From Anaeramoeba ignava BMAN (taxonomy: Eukaryota; Protista; Anaeramoebae): 64,000 nucleotides of DNA. The DNA is taken from assembly GCA_028826165.1 (NCBI GenBank), contig JAPDFW010000057.1, positions 186,001-250,000 of the forward strand, read 5' to 3'. Positions 24,201 to 35,346 of this stretch are shown piece by piece (position 1 is the first letter of the stretch; every line of letters begins with the position of its first letter). The notes beneath the pieces are model-generated. The model was given only the letters and a program-made list of their open reading frames with translations, was not told where the DNA came from and made no database searches. A program made the translations under genes and the position numbers.

Positions 24201-25924
24201 AATAATATTTTTAAATTTAATATTATTTTTTTAAATTTTTAATTTAATATTATTTTTAAATTAATTATTATTTTTTTAAAAATTAATTATTATTTTTAAA
24301 ATTAAAATTATTATTTTTAAAATTAATTATTATTTTTAAATTTAATATTATTTTTAAATTTATTATTATTTTTGAATTTAATATTATTTTTGAATTAATT
24401 GTTATTTTTGAATTATTTTTAAATTAAATATTATTTTTGTACTTCAACAATAATTTGATAAAAAGTTGATTTTTCAATTGATTGATGAAGTGGAAAAGAC
24501 ATCATTTCTGTAACTGCTTGACTTGAGTTTTCATCCAAAAATTTAAGATTTTCTTCTATTAAAATTCTAAGTGCAAGAACATCTGAATTTAATACAATTT
24601 TATCTTTTGAACGATATTCTTTTGAATAAAATGGGAATATTGGTGTTGTCATTGTAAAATTATCATTAAACTAAATTTGATTTAAAAAATTAAAATTAAA
24701 ATTATAATTAAAATTATATTTTTCTTTTCAAATCCTCTTCAATAATAAAAATACTTTAGTAGGAATAGTCAATTTTTGCATTTCATGAACTTCATTTGTA
24801 TTCAAAATTGTAAGAAAATTAATTGAATAATCAGGAAGAATATTTAATTTCCAAGAATTATCTCTACATTCATTAACAATTCGAAATAAATTTTGAAGTT
24901 GATCTTCTGGTAAATTTTCTTCTTCATTAATTTTAAGCATCGAAACATATTTTAATCCAGAATAATTTCTACTTGAAATATACATTTCAATTCTACCAAG
25001 TAATTGCTTAACATTTTCTTTCTTTTCAGATATAAATAAACTTCCATTCTTTCAAAATAATTTTAACAAAATAAATCAATTTGTTTTTTTTTTTTAAAGA
25101 AATTTTTCATTAATTTTTCCTTTTTTAATCTAAAAGTTAATTTTTAACTGAATTTTTAAAGTTATTTCTTTTTATACAAATAATAAAGATCCTAAAATTA
25201 ATTTTGCAAAAAAATCTTTTGTTGATTGTGTTTGATTTTCTATCAAATAATTTGAAAGAGTCTCTAATAATGTGATATAAGAATTAAGCTTTAAAACATT
25301 ATTACGAACTAAATCACCAATAAATCGAAGCTTTTTGGATGAATTTCAAAAAAAAATTTAATTCAAAAAAATTTAATTCAAAAAAATTTAATTCAAAAAA
25401 ATTTAATTCAAAAAAATTTAATTCAAAAAAATTTAATTCAAAAAAATTTAATTCAAAAAAATTTAATTCAAAAAAATTTAATTCAAAAAAATTTACAGTT
25501 GAATTTGCTTCATAAAATTTTGCATTTGAAATGAAATGGAAAAGATATTCAATAACTATTCTTATAGATTCCTTTCCAAGTTCATAATTTTTATTATTCA
25601 GTAAACCAATAATTGTTGCATAAAAAGGAGTTTTAAAAGGCAAATGAATTGAACTAATTTTTATTATCACAAAAAAAAATTTTTAATTAAAGTTTTTGTT
25701 TATTTGTTTTAATTAAATTTTTTTTTTAATTACCAATCAATAAGTAAATCAATTAATAATTTTTGATTTTTATCTTCTTCTTCTTTTAATTTATTCACAA
25801 TATCATTAATTTGCTGTTCTATTGGTGATTCACTTTCTTTTTGACTAATTAACTCATCAAAATATTTTATTCTAAGTTGTTTTCTTGTTTCAGATTCTTT
25901 ATGATTTAAACTTAATTCTTGCAT
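21282..25924 (-). CDS. NCBP1: Nuclear cap-binding protein subunit 1 (CBP80), 7 exons
   Basis: [56 protein letters not shown]. All six introns are GT-AG and phase-consistent. Confidence 0.92.
21965..23200. repeat. 12-bp satellite (same family as in the VPS29 intron) in the last NCBP1 intron
   Basis: Directly visible. Confidence 0.9.
23875..24435. repeat. ~16-18-bp tandem repeat (TAAATATTATTTTTAAAT-like) in an NCBP1 intron
   Basis: Directly visible. Confidence 0.85.
25342..25495. repeat. 15-bp tandem repeat (AATTCAAAAAAATTT)x~10 in NCBP1 intron 2
   Basis: Directly visible; gives the NFFEL translation. Confidence 0.92.
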
Positions 25925-26029
25925 TTTAAGTTAATTAAAAAATGAAAAAAATGAAAAAATGAAAAAATGAAAAAATTTTTTTTTAATTTTCTTTTTTAAA
26001 AAAAATCAATTTTAAAATCAAAATTAAAT

Positions 26030-26770
26030 TTGGAATTTAAAATTGGATTTAAAATTGAAATTAGAATTAAAATTGGATTTGGATTTAGATTTGGAATTGG
26101 AATTGGAATTGGATTTGGATTTAATTTTAAAATTGATTTGGAATTGGATTTGGATTTAAAATTGGAATTGGAATTTAAAATTGGATTTGGAATTGGAATT
26201 GGAATTGGATTTAAAATTGGATTTGAATTGGAATTTAAAATTGGATTTGGATTTAGAATTGGAATTGGAATTGGATTTAAAATTGATTTTGAATTATATT
26301 TAAATTTGGATTTAAAATTGGAATTGGAATTGGAATTGGAATTGGAATTGGAATTTAAAATTGGATTTAGATTTAGATTTGGAATTTAAATTGGATTTGG
26401 ATTTGGATTTAGATTTGGAATTGGAATTTAAAATTGGATTTGGATTTAGAATTTAAAATTGGAATTGGATTTAGATTTAGATTTGGAATTGGAATTGAAG
26501 TTGAAATTGATTTTGAATTATATTTAAATTTGGATTTAAAATTGGAATTGGAATTAAAATTGGAATTGGAATTAAAATTGGAATTGGAATTAATTTTGGA
26601 ATTGAAATTTGGAATTGGAATTAAATTTAAATTTGGATTTGAAATTGATTTTGAATTATATTTAAAATTGGAATTGGAATTGGATTTGGATTTGGAATTA
26701 GATTTGGATTTAAAATTTGGAATTGAAATTGGAATTTGGAATGGATTTAAAATTAAAATTGAAATTGGCT
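26030..26770. repeat. Complex G-containing hexamer mosaic (TGGAAT/TGGATT/TAAAAT/TAGATT), intergenic
   Basis: Directly visible between the NCBP1 promoter and the ankyrin-BTB stop. Confidence 0.85.
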
Positions 26771-26772
26771 TT

Positions 26773-29700
26773 TTAGTTTTGAATGAGTTTTTCTAAAATT
26801 AAATCAATAATTGAATTTTCATTTAATTGATAATAATCTTTAACATCTTCAAATTCTTCAATAACTTTGGAAATGATATTTTCTTTTTTTAATTTTTCTT
26901 CTTCAATTTCATCATGATAAAGAAAATAAATTAATTGTTGAATTGCTTCATTTGATTTTCTTGAATAATCATGGACTTGATTTGATGAATCTGAAACACT
27001 TAAAAACATTCCTTTGTATAATTCACTTCTTATTATTAATATTAATTTATGAACTTTAATTTCTTTTTCTTCTGAAACAATTATTTTAAAATCTTTAGTT
27101 GATTCTTGTCCATATAATTTGGAAAAATCTTTTATTATTCCTTTTCTTCCTTTTTTACTTTTAATCCAATTTGAATCAAATCCAATTTCTTTAAAAATAT
27201 ATTCAATTTTCTTTTCTTTTTCAAATAAAAAATCAAAATAATCAGAATCGGAATCGAAATCGGAATCAGAATCAGAATCAGAATCGGAATCAGAATCAGA
27301 ATCAGAATTAAAAGAAATTTTTTGAGAATTTTTTTGGATTAATTTTTGAGAAATTTGTTGAAAATCAAAAAATCCAGTATAAATGAAATTTAAAGCAAGT
27401 TGAACATCTTCTTTTGATTTTTTTTTACAAATATTGATAAATTTTTGTAAAATTGTTTGATTATTGTTAAATCTTGTTAAAATTATTAATTTATGAATAT
27501 TGAATTTGAAACCGTCATTTGATTGAATTTGATAATCTGAAAAGTTATCATTTGAATTTAATAATTTATTCATATCTTCATTTATTGAATAAACTTTGAA
27601 AAATGATTGAATAAATATTTTTGTAATTTCATTTTTTTTCAGATCCAAAAAATTTGCATCATTCATTAACATCAAATCGATTAAATATTTATTGTTATAC
27701 TTAATTAATAATGAAAGGGCTGTTTCATTATTATTTGTTTTTGAATTAATATCAATTCCTTTTGAAATTAAATACTTAACAATTTCAAATGAATTTTCAT
27801 TTTGATTTTCACAAGCAATATGTAAAACTGTTTCATTATTATTTGTTTTTGAATTAATATCAATTCCTTTTGAAATTAAATATTGAATAATTTCAAATGA
27901 TGGATTTTGATTTCTGCAGGCAAAATGTAAAACTGTTTCATTATCATTTGTTTTTGAATTAATATCAATTCCTTTTGAAATTAAATATTGAATAATTTCA
28001 ATTCCTGATTTTGGATTTATATTTTCACAAGCAATATGTAAAGCTGTTTGGTTATAAATTGTTTTTGAATTAATATCAATTCCTTTTGAAATTAAATATT
28101 TAATAATTTCAAATGAATTTTCATTTTTATTTCTGCAAACAATATGTAAAGCTGTTTGATTATTATTTGTTTTTGAATTAATATCAATTCCTTTTGAAAT
28201 TAAATATTTAACAATTTCTATTGAATTTGAATTTTTATTTCTGCAAACAATATATAAAGCTGTTTGATTATTATCTGTTTTTGAATTAATATCAATTCCT
28301 TTTGAGATTAAATACTTAACAATTTCAAATGAATTTTCATTTTGATTTTCACAAGCAATATGTAAAGCTGTTTGATTATTATTTGTTTTTGAATTAATAT
28401 CAATTCCTTTTGAAATTAAATATTTAACAATTTCTATTGAATTTGGATTTGAATTGAAACAAGCAAAATGTAAAGCTGTTTCATTATCATTTGTTTTTGA
28501 ATTAATATCAATTCCTTTTGAAATTAAATATTTAATAATTTCTATTGAATTTGGATTTGAATTTTGGCAAATAAAATGTAAAGTTGTTTGATTATCATTT
28601 GTTTTTGAATTAATATCAATTCCATTTGAAATTAAATATTCAATAATTTCAATTGATGGATTTTGATTTAAACAAGCAAAATGTAAAGCTGTTTGATTAT
28701 AAATTGTTTTTGAATTAATATCAATTCCTTTTGAAATTAAATATTTAACAATTTCAATTCCTAATTTTGGATTTGGATTTCTGCAAGCAATATGTAAAGG
28801 TGTTTGATTATCATTTGTTTTTGAATTAATATCAATTCCTTTTGAAATTAAATATTTAATAATTTCAATTGAATTTGGATTTGGATTGAAACAAGCAAAA
28901 TGTAAAGCTGTTTCATTATAATTTGTTTTTGAATTAATATCAATTCCATTTGAAATTAAATATTGAATAATTTCTATTGAATTTAGATTTGTATTTCTGC
29001 AAATAAAATGTAAAGCTGTTTGATTATAAATTGTTTTTGAATTAATATCAATTCCTTTTGAAATTAAATATTTAATAATTTCAAATGAATCTTCATTTTT
29101 ATTTCTGCAAGCAATATGTAAAGCTGTTTGGTTATTATCTGTTTTTGAATTAATATCAATTCCTTTTGAAATTAAATATTTGATAATTTCAATTCCTGAT
29201 TTTGGATTTTGATTTAAACAAGCAATATGTAAAGCTGTTTCATTATAATTTGTTTTTGAATTAATATCAATTCCATTTGAAATTAAATATTGAATAATTT
29301 CAATTGGATTTGGATTTGGATTTTTGCAGGCATAATGTAAAACTGTTTCATTATTATTTGTTTTTGAATTAATATCAATTCCTTTTGAAATTAAATATTC
29401 AATCATTTCAATTGAATTTGGATTTTGATTTAAACAAGCATAATGTAAAACTGTTTCATTATAATTTGTTTTTGAATTAATATCAATTCCTTTTGAAATT
29501 AAATATTCAATAATTTCGATTGAATTTGGATTTGTATTTTGGCAGGCAAAATGTAAAACTGTTTCATTATTATTTGTTTTTGAATTAATATCAATTCCTT
29601 TTGAAATTAAATATTCAATCATTTCAATTCCTGAATTTGGATTTTGATTTAAACAAGCAAAATGTAAAGCTGTTTGATTATAAATTGTTTTTGAATTAAT

Positions 29701-31270
29701 ATCAATTCCTTTTGAAATTAAATATTCAATCATTTCAAATGATGGATTTTGATTTCTGCAGGCATAATGTAAAACTGTTTCATTATTATCTGTTTTTGAA
29801 TTAATATCAATTCCTTTTGAAATTAAATATTCAATCATTTCAATTCCTAATTTTGGATTTTGATTTGAAACAAGCAAAATGTAAAGCTGTTTCATTATTA
29901 TTTGTTTTTGAATTAATATCAATTCCTTTTGAAATTAAATATTTAATAATTTCAATTGAATTTGGATTTTGATTTTGGCAAGCAAAATGTAAAGCTGTTT
30001 CATTATCATTTGTTTTTGAATTAATATCAATTCCTTTTGAAATTAAATATTCAATAATTTCTATTGAATTTGGATTTGAATTTTGGCAAATAAAATGTAA
30101 AGTTGTTTCATTATCATTTGTTTTTGAATTAATATCAATTCCTTTTGAAATTAAATATTTAATAATTTCAATTGAATTTGGGTTTTGATTTAAACAAGCA
30201 AAATGTAAAGCTGTTTGATTATAAATTGTTTTTGAATTAATATCAATTCCTTTTGAAATTAAATATTTAATAATTTCAATTGAATTTGGATTTGGATTTA
30301 AACAAGCAATATGTAAAGCTGTTTCATTATCATTTGTTTTTGAATTAATATCAATTCCTTTTGAAATTAAATATTGAATAATTTCTATTGAATTTGGATT
30401 TGGATTTTGGCAAATAAAATGTAAAGCTGTTTCATTATAAATTGTTTTTGAATTAATATCAATTCCATTTGAAATTAAATATTTAATAATTTCAAATGAA
30501 TTTGGATTTGGATTTAAACAAGCAAAATGTAAAGCTGTTTTATTATTATTTGTTTTTGAATTAATATCAATTCCTTTTGAAATTAAATATTTAACAATTT
30601 CAAATGAATCTTCATTTTTATTTCTGCAAGCAATATGTAAAGCTGTTTGGTTATAAATTGTTTTTGAATTAATATCAATTCCATTTGAAATTAAATATTC
30701 AATCATTTCAATTCCTGAATTTGGATTTGGATTTAAACAAGCAAAATGTAAAGCTGTTTGATTATAAATTGTTTTTGAATTAATATCAATTCCTTTTGAA
30801 ATTAAATATTTAATAATTTTAATTGAATTTGGGTTTTGATTGAAACAAGCAATATGCAAAACTGTTTGGTTATAAATTGTTTTTGAATTAATATCAATTC
30901 CTTTTGAAATTAAATATTTGATAATTTCGATTGAATTTTCATTTTTATTTCTGCAAGCAAAATGTAAAGGTGTTTGATTATCATTTGTTTTTGAATTAAT
31001 ATCAATTCCTTTTGAAATTAAAATTTCAAGTATTTCTGTTCTTGAATTATTTATAATTGCAATATGTAATGAATTTCTTCCTAAATTATCAATTAATTTT
31101 GGATCAGCTTTTTTTTCAATTAAAATTTGAATCATTTCTTTTGAAACTTTTTTTTCGATTGCAAAATGTAAAATTGGTTTGTTTTCTTTTATTAAATCAT
31201 TTTCTGGAATGTTTTCAATTTGTTTCAAGTATTCAATATTGTTTTGTTCAATAATTTCCCAAATATTCAT
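26773..31270 (-). CDS. Large ankyrin array (31 near-identical 35-37 aa repeats plus N-terminal repeats) + tandem BTB; intronless; one frameshift at ~29865
   Basis: Repeated GIDINSKTxxNxTxLHxxC; C-terminal IHKLIILTR and VHKLILIIRSELYKGMFLSV. The two ORFs join if 1 nt is removed. Confidence 0.9.
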
Positions 31271-31375
31271 TTTATTTTATTTTATTTTTTTAGAAAGAAA
31301 AAAAATGAAAAAATAATTTTTAATTTTTAATTTTTCATTTTTTCCTCTTTCTAAATTATTTAATACTATTATTTT

Positions 31376-33125
31376 ATGGGAAGAAAACATTCAACATCAA
31401 CATCAACATCAACATCAACATCAAAGTCAACATCAACATCAACATCAACATCAACATCAAAGTCAACATCAAAGTCAACATCAAATGATACACTTTCTTC
31501 TGATTCTGATACTATTTCAACTACTGAACTTCAATATCAACTTAAAATTCGTGGTTTAAATTATAAACAACCAAAACATAAATTAATACAAAAATTACAC
31601 AATCAATTCCAAAAAGAAGAGAAATTACATCATAAAATTTCAAAAAAGAAATCAACAAAAAAAAACAAGAATCAAAAATCAAATCAAAAAAATCATTCTA
31701 AAAAACATAAAAAACATACTAAAAAAAGGAAAGTTTCTCGATCTTCTTCTCCTTCATTTACTTCTTCTTCTGAACCAGAATCTTTTTCAGAAATTCATGA
31801 ATTTATCCAAAAACAAAGTGAATCTAAATCAAACACAAAAGAAGAAACTAATCAAAGAAATGAAAATAAAAATCAAAATCAAAATAAAAATCAAAGAAAT
31901 AAAAATCAAAGAAATCAAAATCAAAGAAATAAAAATCAAAGAAATAAAAATCATAAAAATAAAAATACTCATCATTCTCATAAAAGAATCAAAAACAAAT
32001 CAAAATCAAAAAAACAAAAAAATCCAAAAGAGAATAAACCAATTAACAAAATTGAAGAACAAATCAATCCAAATGAAAAATTGATAGAAAATAATTTAGA
32101 AAATAATTTTCAAGATAATTTAGAAAATAATTTAGAAAATATTTCCAGACAATTCGAAAAAACAAATACTGGAACCTTTATTGATATTGTTGAACCAAAT
32201 AATCAAAATTCTTACGAAAAATATTCTGATCAATTTTCTGATGAAAGATCAGATGTAAAAATTCAAGAAATTCCTCATAATTCAAACAATAGAGATATTT
32301 TAAATAATCAAGATAATGATTTAGACTCTGATGTTTCTCTTGATTTTGCGAAAAAAGCACCAGTTTCTAAACGTCCACCTTCAAAAGTTTTATTAATAGA
32401 AAATTTTGTTCGACCTTTTACAGTAAGATCTGCAAGGAAATTATTAGAAAAGACAGGGAAAGTATTAGATTTTTGGATGAATTCTATTAAAACTCATTGT
32501 TTTGTTTTTGTATGAATTTAATTGAAAATTTATTTAAAATTTATCCGATTTTTAATTTATTTAAAATTTAATTTGAAAGTTTGATTCTTTTGAACAAGCT
32601 GAAAAAACTAGGAATGTAATTTATGGATTAAGATGGCCAAAATCAGGAAGTAAATTATTGGCTGATTTTCACAATGAAAATGATGCAATAAATATAGTTG
32701 AAAAAGCAAAATTAAGACCTTCAACAAAAGGATTTGATGGATTGGATTCAAATGAGATTATTAGAGAAGGAAAATTAGATATTTATAAATCAAATCCAAA
32801 CACAAAAACTCTTTCTTCAATTGATGAATCTGAAAATTTTCATAAATCAAATCATTTTCAAAGAAAATTTCCATCGAAAAACAAAAACAAAAACGAAAAC
32901 GAAAACGATTTTGAAAAAAATTTGGATAATGAATATTTAATTGAAATGGATCAATTTGATGAAAAAAGAATTAAATATAATCAAAAACATCACAGAAATC
33001 TCCAAAGATATTTTTTAAGAACAAAAGCAAAACCTGCACTTTATTATCTTCCAAATCCAAAACATATTGTTGATTTTAAAAGAGAAAGAGAAAAAAAATT
33101 ATTTGAATTGAAAATTAAGAAATAA
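31376..33125 (+). CDS. ACIN1: Acinus-like protein (SAP-like + RRM + RSB motif). Intron 32510-32579
   Basis: LLIENFVRPFT..FWMNSIKTHCFV|FDS..IYGLRWPK..LLADF (Acinus RRM); YFLRTKAKPALYYLP (RSB motif); N-terminal ELQYQLKIRGL..KHKLIQKL. Confidence 0.85.
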
Positions 33126-33263
33126 AAAATAAATTTTTTTAATTTTTTATTGATTATTTTTGGTTTTTTTTTTTTTGAAAATTAAATCAATAAAAGAGAA
33201 TGAAAAAGAAAGAGAATGAAAAGAAGAAGAAGAATTTTTGTTTTTTATTTATCTTTTTATCTT

Positions 33264-35118
33264 TTAATCATCAGAATCTGAAAAGACAGTTTTTTTGCCT
33301 TTTTTTTGGTCTGATTGGAAATTTTGTTGAGAATTTGAATCATCTTTATTAAAATAACGATCGTTTGATTTATTGAATTTGTTATCATTTCTATTAAAAT
33401 TTCCTCTTCCTCTTGATCTATTATCTCTATTAAAATTTCCTCTTCCACCAAAATTTCTATCTCTATTAAAATTTCCTCTTCCACGAGAATTTCGATCTCT
33501 ATTAAAATTTCCTCTTCCTCTTGATCGATTATCTCTATTGTATTTATTAAAACCTCTTGAATTATCAGAATTATCATTATCATCGTTATCATCATTTTTG
33601 TTAAAATCTCTTTTAAAATTTCTATCTCTATTAAAATTTCCTCTTCCACGAGAATTTCGATCTCTATTAAAACCTCGACCGCGATTGTCTCTTCTAAACC
33701 CGCCTTTATCACCATCTCCGAAATTTCTTCTTCTTCCGAAATCTCTGCCTGTTCGCTGTCTTTTGTCATCTCGTTTTGGTTTTTGCGAAGCAAAGTTAAT
33801 TTTCAACCATCTTCCCATCATTGTTTCTCCATTTTTTGCTATTGCCTTATGTGCCATCTCTGAATTGGCAAATTGAAGAAATCCAAATCCTTTGGATTGT
33901 CCTGTATGAGGATTCTTGTGGATTGCTATTTTTCTGTGTTATTAGCGAAGGGCGCCAAATTAAATCAAAAATTATTGTTAAAATTTTTTCTAAAAATTTT
34001 TCTTCTTCTAAATGAAACTAACAAACATAATTTCACCGCAATCTGAAAAGAAATTCTTGACGTCTTCGTCTGTTGCTTGAAAAGAAAGTCCGCCAACATA
34101 TACCTCGTCTTCTTTTGTGTTATCTTTTTCATCATCATCATTTTCATCTTCATCTTCATCTTCCATCATTTTCATCTTCATTTTTTCTTTTTTTCATTTG
34201 ATTTTTTTTTTGAAATTTGTTTTCGTTTTGATTTTGATTTTGATCTTCATCTTCATCTTCATCTTCATCTTCAATTTGATCTTGAAATTGATCATTTTGA
34301 TTTTGATTATCATCTTCATCTTCATCTTCATCTTCATCTTCATCTTCATCTTCATCTTCATCTTCAATTTGATCTTGAATTTGAATTTGATTTTGAATTT
34401 GATTTTGATTATCATCTTCATCTTCATCATCTTCATCATCATCTTCTTCTTCATCTTCTTCTTCATCATCTTCAATTTCATTTTGATTTTGATTTTGATT
34501 TTGGTTTTGAATTTTGATTATCATCTTCATCTTCGTCTTCCTCATGCTCATCAATTTCATTTTTTTCTTTTAATTCTTTTTCTTCATTTTCATTTTCTAC
34601 TTTAAAAACGGGTTTTTTTAATTTTCTGTTTTTTCCAAATCCTTTTAATTTTGATTTTAATTTTAATTTTGATTTTAATTTTGATTTTAATTTTAATTTT
34701 AATTTTAATTTTAATTTTAATTTTAATTTTAATTTTAATTTTAATTTTAATTTTAATTTTAATTTAATTTTAATTTTAAATTTTAATTTTGATTTTTAAT
34801 TTTAATTTTTTAATATTTAATTTTAATTTTAATTTTAATTTTGATTTTTAATTTTAATTTTAATTTTAATTTTAATTTTAATTTTGATTTTGATTTTGAT
34901 TTTTTAATTTTAATTTTAATTTTAATTTTAATTTTAATTTTAATTTTAATTTTAATTTTAATTTTAATTTTAATTTTAATTTTAATTTTATTTTAATTTT
35001 AATTTTAATTTTGTTTAATTATAATTTATATTTATATGTTTATTTGTGTTTATTTATGTGTTTATTTGTGTTTATGTGTTTATTTTGTTTATGTGTTTTT
35101 TTCTTTTTTACTTTTCAT
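33264..35118 (-). CDS. Nucleolin/Nsr1-like acidic + RRM + RGG protein. 7-nt first exon (35118-35112); introns ~35111-34642 and 34026-33934; frameshifts in the acidic repeat
   Basis: MK|RFGKNRK; poly-ED tract; EVYVGGLSF..FFSDCGEI..TGQSKGFGFLQF; RGRGNFNRD repeats. Confidence 0.8.
34645..35010. repeat. (AATTTT)n satellite in intron 1 of the nucleolin-like gene
   Basis: Directly visible. Confidence 0.9.
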
Positions 35119-35346
35119 TTTTTGTTTTTTTTTTTTGTTTTCTATTTTCTATTTATTTTAATAAGAATAAAAAAAAGGAAAAAGAAAAAATGAATTAAAA
35201 AATTTTTTTTTTCTTTTTAAATAAAAATAAAAAATAACAAAAATAATTACTAATTTTTATAAGAAATGAATTTTATTTTTTTTTTTTTTTTCATTTTTTT
35301 TCTTTATTTTTTATTCTTTATTATTCTTTTTTATTCTTTTTGGAAA

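Noticed and set aside
26030-26770. Interstitial telomere or G-quadruplex tract
   Set aside because: There is no fixed telomeric unit, and only GG dinucleotides occur.
29855-29875. Programmed frameshift splitting the ankyrin array
   Set aside because: gatttgaaac is a hybrid of the two repeat variants gatttaaac and gattgaaac, typical of a consensus error.
27715-31020. Regular repeat/variable pattern resembling a CRISPR array or DGR target
   Set aside because: It is an in-frame ankyrin coding repeat in a eukaryote. No cas or reverse transcriptase gene or separate template copy is present.
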